NCBI GenBank assembly: GCA_964430565.1 | Contig: CAYSFD010000057.1 | Span: 23,218 to 87,217 of the forward strand | Reading direction: 5' to 3' | DNA length: 64,000 bases | Source of the DNA: an uncultured Enterobacteriaceae bacterium | Lineage (GTDB): Bacteria > Pseudomonadota > Gammaproteobacteria > Burkholderiales > SG8-39 | Shown: positions 54,882-63,527 of the stretch, piece by piece | Numbering within the stretch: position 1 is the stretch's first letter | Layout of the letters: the number at the start of each line of letters is the position of its first letter | Notes under the pieces: generated by a model | What the model saw: the letters and a program-made list of their open reading frames with translations, nothing else | What the model was told of the DNA's origin: nothing | Databases searched by the model: none | Translations under genes and position numbers: made by a program

Positions 54882-57800
54882 CATCGACCGCCCTACCCGC
54901 CTACGCCGAGCTGCATTGCCTGAGTAATTTCACCTTCCTGCGCGGCGCCTCGCACCCGGAAGAGTTGGTGCAGCGCGCCGCCGCGCTCGGTTATTCGGCC
55001 CTTGCGCTGACCGACGAATGTTCGCTCGCCGGTGTCGTGCGCGCGCACGTCGCGGCGAAGGATGTCGGCTTGCACCTCGTCATCGGCTCGGAAGTGCAGT
55101 TGAAGGACGGGCCGAAGCTCGTGCTGCTCGCGACCGACCGCGGCGGTTACGGCCATCTCTCGGAGCTCATCACCCGCGGGCGGCGCAGAAGTAAGAAAGG
55201 CAGTTATTCCCTCGGCTGGGAAGATTTCGATAGCGGGTTGCCGGGGTGTCTGGTGCTGCTCGCATTCCCTCACCCCTACCCTCTCCCGGAGGGAGAGGGG
55301 GAAAAACAAGCGCGCTCGATCGCCGAGCGCTTTCCCGGCCGTGCCTGGATCGCGGTGGAGCTGCTGCGCGGGCCCAACGACCGGGCGCGGCTCGCCGAGT
55401 TGCGCGAGCTAAGCAGGCGCTGCAGCCTGCCGCTGGTCGCCTCGGGCGATGTGCACATGCACCTGCGCTCGCGTCGGCCGTTGCAGGATACGCTGACCGC
55501 GATTCGCCTTCGCACGCCGGTGCACGCCTGCGGTCACGCGCTCCACCCCAACGCCGAGCGGCATCTGCGACTGCGCATGCGCCTGGCGCAGATTTATCCG
55601 GCCGAGTTGCTTGTCGAAACCGTGCGCATCGCCGAGCGCTGCCGTTTTTCTTTGGAAGAGCTGCGCTACGAGTATCCCGAAGAGCTCGTTCCTCCGGGCG
55701 AAACTCCGGCGAGCTGGCTGCGCAAGTTGACCGAAGAGGGATTGCAGCGACGCTTTCCCGCAGGCGCATCGCAGAAAATCCGCGATCTCATCGAGCGCGA
55801 GCTCTCGCTCATCGCCGAGCTTCGTTACGAGCCGTTTTTCCTGACGGTCCACGATATCGTACGCTACGCCCGCAGCCAGAGCATTCTCTGCCAAGGGCGC
55901 GGCTCGGCGGCCAATTCCGCCGTCTGCTACGCGCTGGGCATCACCGAGGTCAATCCGGCCAAGCAGGAGCTCTTGTTCGAACGCTTCATCTCGAAGGAGC
56001 GCAACGAACCGCCTGATATCGACGTCGATTTCGAGCACCAGCGGCGCGAGGAAGTCATCCAGTACATCTACCGCAAATACGGCCGCGAGCGCGCCGCACT
56101 GGCAGCCACGCTCATCACTTACCAGCCCAAGAGCGCGCTGCGCGACACAGGCAAGGCGCTGGGGCTCGATTTGCAGCAGGTCGATCGCATCGCCAAATCG
56201 ATCGCCTGGTGGGACGACCGCAGGGAGCTTGCCACTCGCCTGCGCGATGCGGGCTTCGATCCCGCGAGCCCGGTCATGCGGCGCCTCATGGCGCTTGCCT
56301 CCTCCTTGCTCGGTTTTCCGCGCCATCTGTCGCAGCATGTCGGCGGGTTTGTCATATCGCGAGGGGCCCTCGCGCGCTTGGTGCCGATCGAGAACGCCGC
56401 GATGCCCGAGCGCAGCATCATCCAGTGGGACAAGGACGATCTGGAAAACCTGGGTCTGCTCAAAGTCGATGTCCTGGCGCTCGGCATGCTCTCCACCATC
56501 CGACGCGGACTGGACTTCGTCAACGAGTTGCGCGGCAGCGCGATCACCATGGATAGCCTGCTGCGCGAGGAAGACCCCGCGGTCTACGAGATGATGCGGC
56601 ACGCCGACACCGTCGGAGTGTTCCAGATCGAGTCGCGCGCCCAGATGTCGATGCTGCCGCGGCTGAAGCCGGAGCATTTTTACGATCTCGTGATCGAGAT
56701 CGCGATCGTGCGGCCCGGACCGATCCAGGGGGACATGGTGCACCCTTATCTGCGGCGGCGCGCTGGCAAGGAGCCGATCGATTATCCCAACGACGCGGTG
56801 AGAAAAGTTCTCGAGCGTACTTGCGGAGTGCCGATTTTCCAGGAACAGGTGATGCAGCTCGCGGTGGTGGCGGCGGATTTTACCCCCGGCGAGGCCGACC
56901 AACTGCGCCGTGCGATGGCCGCCTGGCGCCGCAAGGGAGGGCTGGAGCCCTTCCACAAAAAACTCATGGACGGCATGCGCAAGAACGGCATCTCTACAGA
57001 ATTCGCCGAGCGCATCTACCGTCAGATCCTCGGCTTCGGCGAATACGGTTTCCCCGAGTCGCATTCGGTTAGCTTCGCCCTGCTCGCCTACGTGTCCGCC
57101 TGGCTCAAGCGCCACGAGCCGGCGGCGTTTCTCGCGGCGCTCCTGAACAGCCAGCCGATGGGTTTCTACACGCCCTCGCAACTGGTGCAGGATGCGCGCC
57201 GCCACGGAGTCGAGGTGCGGCCTGTAGACGCGTGCTCGAGCGAATGGGAGTGCATTCTGGAAAACACCACCCCGCCCTCCGCTGGCGCTTCGGGCACCCC
57301 TCCTTACCAAGGAGGGGAAGGTCTATTCCTCTCCTCCTCGAGGAGGGGTGGCAGCGAAGCTGCCAGGGGGGTGCAGCCCGCCGTGCGCCTCGGTTTCTGT
57401 TTGGTGCAGGGCTTGTCGCAAGCGGGCGCCGAGCGCGTTGTCGCCGCGCGAAAGATCCTATCGTTTGGCAGCGTTGAGGATCTCGCCCGGCGCGCTGAAC
57501 TGAACCGGCGCGACCTGAAGTGCCTGGCGGCTGCCGGAGCGCTCGAGGCGCTCTCAGGCCACCGTCGCGACGCCTACTGGCAGGTCGCCGGAATCGAAAT
57601 CGGCGCGCCCGTCCTGCGCGGCGCACCGGTGGCGGAGACTCCGCCCGTACTTCGCGCGCCAACCGAGGGAGAGAATCTCGTCGCCGACTACGCCAGCACT
57701 GGCCTCACGCTCGGGCGCCATCCTCTCGCGCTGCTGCGCCCGCGCCTTGCACGCATGCGCTTTGTCGCCGCAGAGGAGATCCGGGGGCTGCCAAGCGGCA

Positions 57801-58081
57801 GCGCGGTCCGGGCGGCGGGAATCGTCACCGGCCGTCAGCGCCCGGGCACGGCATCCGGAACGGTATTCGTGACGTTGGAGGATGAAACTGGTTGCATCAA
57901 TGTTATTGTCTGGCGCGATCTCACCGAATGCCAGCGCCGCGAGTTGCTCGGCGCGCGCCTGATGGGCGTCGAAGGAGTGCTTGAACGCGAAGGCGAAGTA
58001 ATCCATCTTGTGGCGAAGCGGCTGACGGACCACAGCGCCCTCTTGGGACAGATCGTCACGCAGTCGCGAGATTTTCACTAA
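54878..58081 (+). CDS. dnaE2: Error-prone DNA polymerase DnaE2 (ImuC)
   Basis: In-frame part of ORF 54821..58081. GTG 54878 (GTGA overlap with imuB) gives VTSTALPAYAELHCLSNFTFLRGAS (PHP domain). The Pol III alpha core follows. Confidence 0.93.
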   Translation: MTSTALPAYAELHCLSNFTFLRGASHPEELVQRAAALGYSALALTDECSLAGVVRAHVAAKDVGLHLVIGSEVQLKDGPKLVLLATDRGGYGHLSELITRGRRRSKKGSYSLGWEDFDSGLPGCLVLLAFPHPYPLPEGEGEKQARSIAERFPGRAWIAVELLRGPNDRARLAELRELSRRCSLPLVASGDVHMHLRSRRPLQDTLTAIRLRTPVHACGHALHPNAERHLRLRMRLAQIYPAELLVETVRIAERCRFSLEELRYEYPEELVPPGETPASWLRKLTEEGLQRRFPAGASQKIRDLIERELSLIAELRYEPFFLTVHDIVRYARSQSILCQGRGSAANSAVCYALGITEVNPAKQELLFERFISKERNEPPDIDVDFEHQRREEVIQYIYRKYGRERAALAATLITYQPKSALRDTGKALGLDLQQVDRIAKSIAWWDDRRELATRLRDAGFDPASPVMRRLMALASSLLGFPRHLSQHVGGFVISRGALARLVPIENAAMPERSIIQWDKDDLENLGLLKVDVLALGMLSTIRRGLDFVNELRGSAITMDSLLREEDPAVYEMMRHADTVGVFQIESRAQMSMLPRLKPEHFYDLVIEIAIVRPGPIQGDMVHPYLRRRAGKEPIDYPNDAVRKVLERTCGVPIFQEQVMQLAVVAADFTPGEADQLRRAMAAWRRKGGLEPFHKKLMDGMRKNGISTEFAERIYRQILGFGEYGFPESHSVSFALLAYVSAWLKRHEPAAFLAALLNSQPMGFYTPSQLVQDARRHGVEVRPVDACSSEWECILENTTPPSAGASGTPPYQGGEGLFLSSSRRGGSEAARGVQPAVRLGFCLVQGLSQAGAERVVAARKILSFGSVEDLARRAELNRRDLKCLAAAGALEALSGHRRDAYWQVAGIEIGAPVLRGAPVAETPPVLRAPTEGENLVADYASTGLTLGRHPLALLRPRLARMRFVAAEEIRGLPSGSAVRAAGIVTGRQRPGTASGTVFVTLEDETGCINVIVWRDLTECQRRELLGARLMGVEGVLEREGEVIHLVAKRLTDHSALLGQIVTQSRDFH
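55279..55299. repeat. Perfect 9-bp-stem hairpin inside the dnaE2 coding sequence (REP-like insert)
   Basis: CCCTCTCCC-GGA-GGGAGAGGG, translated in frame as part of PHPYPLPEGEGEK. Confidence 0.55.
57297..57364. repeat. Cluster of three hairpins inside the dnaE2 coding sequence (REP/MITE-like insert)
   Basis: CCCCTCCTT-ACC-AAGGAGGGG (57297-57317), palindrome CCTCCTCGAGGAGG (57333-57346), GGCAGC-GAA-GCTGCC (57350-57364). Translated in frame as the low-complexity stretch TPPYQGGEGLFLSSSRRGGSEAARG. Confidence 0.55.
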
Positions 58082-58283
58082 GGGGGCGCAGAGAAATCCC
58101 GGGTGGGCGGCAGCGGGTTCGAGCTTGCACCTTGTTTACGGGCGAGGACTTGGCAGCTGTAAGGCCCATGAGCGGGACGGAAAACCGCGATAGGATGCCA
58201 AACCCATCAAGACTATATAGAATCGCCTCCTGCATTCTCCCTCTGTTTATTGCAGCTTGCTAAAGCCCCGCTAGGACTCTGAA

Positions 58284-59159
58284 TTGGAAACATTCCTCGC
58301 ATCGATCGTGAGCGTCGCCTTCCACGGCTCGGCGCTTGGGATGATCCTCTACGTGATCTCGGTGGGTCTATCGGTGACGATGGGCCTGATGGGGTTCGCC
58401 AATCTCGCCCACGGGGTGTTCGCCATGGCCGGGGGCTACATTCTTACCACCGCGATCTCGCGGTTTGGGGTGCCTTTCCCGCTCGCACTCGTCCTCGCGT
58501 TTGTGTTCGTCGCCGCCGGCAGCGTTCTCCTCGAGCGCCTTCTGTATTCGAGGCTTTACGCTGCAAGCGACCTGGAGCAGGTGCTGTTTACCATCGGCTT
58601 GATCTTCATTTCCGTCGCAGTGGCGCGTTTCATCTATGGAACGCTTCAACACCCGGTTACGCTGCCCGAATATCTGAAAGGCCAGTTCCCGCTGCTTGGC
58701 CGCGATTTCCCAACTTACCGGGTTTTCATCATCGTTTTCAGCGCGGCGATGGTGGCGCTGTTGTGGTTCGGTGTGGAGCGCACGCGCTGGGGCGCGATGG
58801 TGCGCGCGGCGGTGGACAACCGCGCGATGGCTCAATCGGTGGGCATTAACACGAAACGTCTGTTCACCCTCACCTTCGCGCTCGGCAGCGGACTGGCGGG
58901 GCTCGGCGGCGGGCTCGGAGCGGAGATCATCGCCATCCAACCGACCTATCCGTTCGAGAACCTCGTGTACTTCCTAGTCGTCGTGGCCGTCGGCGGGTTG
59001 GGCAGCCTGCGCGGACCGTTCGTCGCGGCGCTCCTGATCGGTATCGCCGACACCGCCTGCAAGTACTGGCTGCCGCAGTACGGCGCTTTCCCCATTTACG
59101 TGGCCACTATCGGCATCCTGCTGTGGCGGCCTGCGGGTCTGTTCGGGCGGCACGCATGA
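58284..59159 (+). CDS. livH: Branched-chain amino acid ABC transporter permease (LivH-type)
   Basis: 291 aa, polytopic. GLSVTMGLMGFANLAHG is typical of LivH. TTG start. Confidence 0.88.
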   Translation: METFLASIVSVAFHGSALGMILYVISVGLSVTMGLMGFANLAHGVFAMAGGYILTTAISRFGVPFPLALVLAFVFVAAGSVLLERLLYSRLYAASDLEQVLFTIGLIFISVAVARFIYGTLQHPVTLPEYLKGQFPLLGRDFPTYRVFIIVFSAAMVALLWFGVERTRWGAMVRAAVDNRAMAQSVGINTKRLFTLTFALGSGLAGLGGGLGAEIIAIQPTYPFENLVYFLVVVAVGGLGSLRGPFVAALLIGIADTACKYWLPQYGAFPIYVATIGILLWRPAGLFGRHA

Positions 59160-60133
59160 GCACCCACGCCGGAGGCTACAGCGCCGATCCCCGCATCCGC
59201 CCGATCGAATGGCTGCCGTGGATCCTCGCGATCGCAGCCTTCTTTGCGCTGCCCGAGTATCTTTCTCTCGGGGCGCGCATCCTGATCTTCATCCTGTACG
59301 CACTGTCGCTCGATCTGATTGTCGGCTACGCGGGAATCATTACGCTTGGCCATAGCGCCTACTTCGGTTTTGGCGCCTACGTCGCCGGAATTCTCGCGGC
59401 GAAAGCGGGGGTCACCGATCCGATGGTGCAGCTTGCCGCCGCAGCGGCCGCCGGCGCGCTCCTGGGCATCACGACCGGAGCCATCATCCTGCGCACGAAG
59501 GCGCTCACGCTGCTCATGCTCACGCTGGCGATCACGTCGGTTCTTTACGAGATCGCCAATAAGGCGACCAACCTCACCGGCGGGGCGGACGGCCTTTCCG
59601 GCGTCGTTGTGGCATCGGTTCTTGGCTTGTTCAAGTTCGATATCTTCGGAAAAACCGCCTATCTCTACTGCCTCGTGGTGCTGTTCCTTGGGTGGTGGTT
59701 CGTGAGGAGGATGATTTATTCGCCGTTCGGGACATCGCTCAGGGGACTGCGGGAGAACAATCTGCGCATGCATGCGATCGGCGCGCCGGTCTACTGGCGC
59801 CTGGTCCTCGTCTACACGCTCTCCGCCACGATCGCCGGCGTCGCCGGAGGCCTCATCACTCAGACCAATCAGTTCGTTGGGTTGAACGTGCTCTCCTTCG
59901 AATCCGCCGGCGAGCTGCTGGTGATGCTCATCCTCGGCGGCGTCGGCCGCATCTATGGCGCCTTCGTCGGCCCGGTCGTATTTTTGATAGCACAGGATCT
60001 TCTCGCCAAGCAGTTTCCAGAATACTGGTATTTCGGTATCGGTGTGATGCTGGTGCTGGTGGTCATGTTCGCCCGAGGCGGAATTCTTGGAATTCTAGAT
60101 GGGATTTTCACCAGGCTGCGGAGGAAGGCATGA
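59156..60133 (+). CDS. livM: Branched-chain amino acid ABC transporter permease (LivM-type)
   Basis: In-frame part of ORF 59123..60133. ATG 59156 (ATGA overlap). LDLIVGYAGIITLGHSAYFGFGAY. Confidence 0.88.
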   Translation: MSTHAGGYSADPRIRPIEWLPWILAIAAFFALPEYLSLGARILIFILYALSLDLIVGYAGIITLGHSAYFGFGAYVAGILAAKAGVTDPMVQLAAAAAAGALLGITTGAIILRTKALTLLMLTLAITSVLYEIANKATNLTGGADGLSGVVVASVLGLFKFDIFGKTAYLYCLVVLFLGWWFVRRMIYSPFGTSLRGLRENNLRMHAIGAPVYWRLVLVYTLSATIAGVAGGLITQTNQFVGLNVLSFESAGELLVMLILGGVGRIYGAFVGPVVFLIAQDLLAKQFPEYWYFGIGVMLVLVVMFARGGILGILDGIFTRLRRKA

Positions 60134-60894
60134 GCGCGCCGCAAAATATCGCGTTGGAGACGCGCGGCCTGTGCAAGAAGTTCGGCGCGCTTACGGTGGC
60201 CGATGACATCAATTTCCGGCTGGAGGCAGGCGCACGCCATGCCCTCATCGGCCCAAACGGTGCGGGCAAGACCACGTTTATCAACATGCTCACCGGCGTC
60301 CTCCTGCCCTCCTCGGGGCATATCGTCCTGGGTGGGGAAGACATTACCCAGGTTGCGCAGGCCTCGCGTGTGAAGCGCGGTCTCGGCCGCACCTTTCAGA
60401 TCAATGCGCTTTTCCGCGGGCTCTCCGTTCTCGACAACGTGGCGCTCGCCGTGGCCGAGCGCCGCGGTGTTGCACGCCACACGTGGCGCTCCGCAAGCTC
60501 CTACACGGACGTGCGCGACGAGAGTCTGGGGCTGCTCGCCACACTCGGGCTCGCCGAGGATGCAAGCCAACGCATCCTCGATCTCCCCTACGGCAAGCAG
60601 CGCCTCGTGGAGATCGCGATCGCCTTGGGACTGAAACCCAGCGTGCTATTGCTCGACGAGCCGGCGGCGGGAGTGCCCTCGGTCGAGTCACACAGGATCC
60701 TGCAGGTGCTTGACAATCTGCCCAAGCACATCGCCATCCTGATCATCGAGCACGACATGGACCTCGTGTTCCGCTTCGCGCATCGCATTACCGTCCTCGT
60801 GCAAGGCCAGATACTAGTCGAGGGGCCGCCGGAGGAGATTTCCAAGGACCGGCGCGTGCATCAGGTCTATCTCGGAGAGCAGCGCCATGCCTAG
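60130..60894 (+). CDS. livG: Branched-chain amino acid ABC transporter ATP-binding protein (LivG-type)
   Basis: In-frame part of ORF 59692..60894. ATG 60130 (ATGA overlap). Walker A GPNGAGKTT, signature YGKQRLVEIA, Walker B LLLDEPAAG. Confidence 0.9.
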   Translation: MSAPQNIALETRGLCKKFGALTVADDINFRLEAGARHALIGPNGAGKTTFINMLTGVLLPSSGHIVLGGEDITQVAQASRVKRGLGRTFQINALFRGLSVLDNVALAVAERRGVARHTWRSASSYTDVRDESLGLLATLGLAEDASQRILDLPYGKQRLVEIAIALGLKPSVLLLDEPAAGVPSVESHRILQVLDNLPKHIAILIIEHDMDLVFRFAHRITVLVQGQILVEGPPEEISKDRRVHQVYLGEQRHA

Positions 60895-61585
60895 TGCACT
60901 CTGCCTGCGCGACGTGCGGGCCGGCTACGGTGAGACGGTGATTCTGGAGGACATCGCGCTCGATCTACCCGAGCGCGGCGCGCTCGCAGTGCTCGGCCGA
61001 AACGGAGTCGGCAAAACCACGCTTCTTTCAACGGTGATGGGCCATACGACATTCCACGCCGGCAGCATCGAGTATCAGGGCAAACCCATCGCGGGATTGC
61101 CGGTCTATGAGCGCTGCCGTCTGGGCATCGGCCTGGTCCCACAGGCGCGGGAAATCTTCCCTTCGCTCACGGTTGAAGAGAATCTCACTGTCGCGGCGCG
61201 CCCTGGCCGCTGGACCCTCGGGCGGGTCTATGAGCTCTTCCCGAAGCTCGCCGAACGGTGCGGGCATTGGGGCAACCAGATCTCAGGCGGCGAACAGCAG
61301 ATGCTCGCGATCGGCCGGGCGCTGATGGGAAACCCGACGCTGTTGCTCATGGACGAGCCGCTCGAGGGGCTCGCACCTATTGTCATCGAGGTTCTGCTTG
61401 AAGCCATGCAGCGACTGATCCGCGAGGATTCCCTCGCGATCGTGCTGGTCGAGCAGCATGCCAAGCTCGCGCTCCAGGTGACGCAAAACGCGCTAGTGCT
61501 GAACCGCGGCCGCATCGCCTACAGCGGCCCGAGCGCCGATCTGCTCGCCAATCCGGAACGCCTCACCAGCCTTGTGGTCGCCTGA
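60887..61585 (+). CDS. livF: Branched-chain amino acid ABC transporter ATP-binding protein (LivF-type)
   Basis: 232 aa. Walker A GRNGVGKTT, signature SGGEQQMLAI, Walker B LLMDEPLEG. Confidence 0.9.
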   Translation: MPSALCLRDVRAGYGETVILEDIALDLPERGALAVLGRNGVGKTTLLSTVMGHTTFHAGSIEYQGKPIAGLPVYERCRLGIGLVPQAREIFPSLTVEENLTVAARPGRWTLGRVYELFPKLAERCGHWGNQISGGEQQMLAIGRALMGNPTLLLMDEPLEGLAPIVIEVLLEAMQRLIREDSLAIVLVEQHAKLALQVTQNALVLNRGRIAYSGPSADLLANPERLTSLVVA

Positions 61586-61597
61586 TCGCCGACCCGC

Positions 61598-62338
61598 ATG
61601 CTGGTTGCCCTTCTTCCAGCCCTTGTCCTGCTTGCCGTGACGCACGCCGAACCCGCAATTGCGCAGGACCGGTATGCGGCTGCGCGCGCACGCATGGTGG
61701 CGGAAATCGCGGCCATGGCGCGCGAAACCGCAACGGAAACCGGGCGGCCGAGATTCGGCGATTCAGTCATGACGGCAATGGGAAAAGTGCCGCGCCACAG
61801 GTTCGTGCCTTTGGCGCAGGAACTTTTCGCCTACGAGAATCGCCCGCTGCCTATCGGCGAAAACCAGACGATCTCCCAGCCCTATATCGTTGCGCTGATG
61901 ACCGATCTGCTCGATCTGAAGCCCACAGACACCGTACTGGAGGTGGGCACGGGGTCGGGTTACCAGGCGGCTGTGCTCGCCGAACTGGTCGCCAAGGTCT
62001 ACACCATCGAAATCGTTGAGCCTCTCGCAAAGCGGGCGACACGGCTCCTCGCTCAACTCGGCTACGGCAACGTCGAGGTGCGCGTCGGTGACGGCTACAA
62101 CGGCTGGGCCGCAGTCGCGCCCTTCGATTCGATCATCGTCACTGCGGCGCCGGCGGAAGTCCCCCAACCGCTGATCGATCAGCTCAGGCCCGGCGGCCGA
62201 ATGGTGATCCCGGTAGGCGGATCCCGCGACGTGCAGCAGCTCCTGCTTGTCGAAAAGCAGCCGGACGGCACCGCAACGACCAAGCGTACCCTGACGGTGA
62301 GGTTCGTACCCCTCACCCGACACCCTGCGGCAAAATAG
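61598..62338 (+). CDS. pcm: Protein-L-isoaspartate O-methyltransferase with an N-terminal signal-like extension
   Basis: 246 aa. SAM motif VLEVGTGSGYQAAVLA, plus VPRHRFVP and ENRPLPIGENQTISQPY. The N-terminus MLVALLPALVLLAVTHAEPAIAQ is signal-peptide-like. Confidence 0.88.
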   Translation: MLVALLPALVLLAVTHAEPAIAQDRYAAARARMVAEIAAMARETATETGRPRFGDSVMTAMGKVPRHRFVPLAQELFAYENRPLPIGENQTISQPYIVALMTDLLDLKPTDTVLEVGTGSGYQAAVLAELVAKVYTIEIVEPLAKRATRLLAQLGYGNVEVRVGDGYNGWAAVAPFDSIIVTAAPAEVPQPLIDQLRPGGRMVIPVGGSRDVQQLLLVEKQPDGTATTKRTLTVRFVPLTRHPAAK

Positions 62339-62405
62339 AGGCAAGACGCCTGCCGCCGAGCGGCAACTTCTGCAACTACGCGCGCTCGTGGCAAAATAGT
62401 CGACT

Positions 62406-62687
62406 ATGAGAGACTACTGGCTGAGCAAGCTTTTCTTCGATCTTCAGAACTCTGCGCCGCTTGGCGAAGAATACTGCGGAAATCCCAAGAAGATCCTCGA
62501 CCGCTATCCTTTAGAGCCCGAGGTGCGTGCTGCGCTCCAGCGCGACGACGTCGCATTCCTCGCGCAACGGGTTAACCCCTACCTTCTGCGCTTCTATTTC
62601 TTGGTGGTCGGTATGTCCGAGGCGGAATTCATAGGCAAGGTGAGGACCGCTGGGGCTGACGCCGCGGCGAGATCGAGCCATGGCTAA
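62406..62687 (+). CDS. LigA-like small subunit of a class III extradiol dioxygenase
   Basis: 93 aa. Resembles the protocatechuate 4,5-dioxygenase alpha-subunit fold family by size and by its position directly upstream of, and overlapping, a LigB-type gene. Confidence 0.6.
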   Translation: MRDYWLSKLFFDLQNSAPLGEEYCGNPKKILDRYPLEPEVRAALQRDDVAFLAQRVNPYLLRFYFLVVGMSEAEFIGKVRTAGADAAARSSHG

Positions 62688-63516
62688 GTTGGTCGGTGTG
62701 TTCGCATCGAGCCACGCGCCGCTCATTATTCGCGGCTGGAAGGACGTCAGCCCGAGCCGTCAGCAAAACCTGACGCGCTCCCTGACCGAACTCGGCCGAC
62801 GCATCAAGGCCACCCGCCCCGACGTCTTGATCGAGATCGCGCCCGATCACTGGGTCAATTTCTTCATCGACAATTTGCCCAGCATCTGCGTCGGCATCGG
62901 TGAAGTGCACGATGGACCCGCCGAGCCGTGGATGAAAGACTGCCCTTACAAGAAGATCGCGGGGCATCCAAAGCTCGCGAACCACATCCTTCAAACCGCG
63001 ATCGAACTCGACTTCGAGCCTTCGGTGTCGCACCACTTGACGCTCGACCATGGCTTCTGCATTCCGCTGTGGAGAGGCGGGCTCGATCCCCTGCCCCCGA
63101 TCGTTCCGATCATCTTCAACGATCTCGAACCGCCTTATCCGAGCGTGCGGCGTTGCATGCAATGGGGAACGATGCTCGCCGAAGCGGTTCGGACTTACCC
63201 GGGGGACATGCGTGTCTCGATCCTCGCGACCGGCGGCCTGAGCCACTCGATCGGAGAGCCCACCATGGGCGAGGTCGATGAGCCTTTCGATCGCGAATGC
63301 ATCCGACACTTCGAGAAGGGCGACGAGCGGCCTTTGATCGACTTCCTCAACGAGCGCCTGCCGACAATCGGCAACGGCGCGGCCGAGATCCGCAACTGGG
63401 TCGCCGCCCATGGCGCCGCAGGCAAGAGCGGATTCGAGCTGATCGGCTACTGCAACTGCCCCGAGGTGTACGTCGGCTGTGGCTTTGCCTCGTGGAATCT
63501 AGGCGCCCGCGCCTGA
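62680..63516 (+). CDS. Class III extradiol ring-cleavage dioxygenase, LigB-type catalytic subunit
   Basis: 278 aa. N-terminus VGVFASSHAPL, plus internal PDHWVNFF and HSIGEPTMG contexts typical of LigB-family enzymes. Confidence 0.75.
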   Translation: MAKLVGVFASSHAPLIIRGWKDVSPSRQQNLTRSLTELGRRIKATRPDVLIEIAPDHWVNFFIDNLPSICVGIGEVHDGPAEPWMKDCPYKKIAGHPKLANHILQTAIELDFEPSVSHHLTLDHGFCIPLWRGGLDPLPPIVPIIFNDLEPPYPSVRRCMQWGTMLAEAVRTYPGDMRVSILATGGLSHSIGEPTMGEVDEPFDRECIRHFEKGDERPLIDFLNERLPTIGNGAAEIRNWVAAHGAAGKSGFELIGYCNCPEVYVGCGFASWNLGARA

Positions 63517-63527
63517 AAAGGCCTCGC

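Noticed and set aside
58152-58167. A sigma54-like TGGCA-N9-GC match upstream of livH.
   Set aside because: The -12 element reads AGGC instead of TTGC, and the site is more than 115 nt from the livH start. No enhancer-binding protein gene is nearby, so the match is too weak to call.
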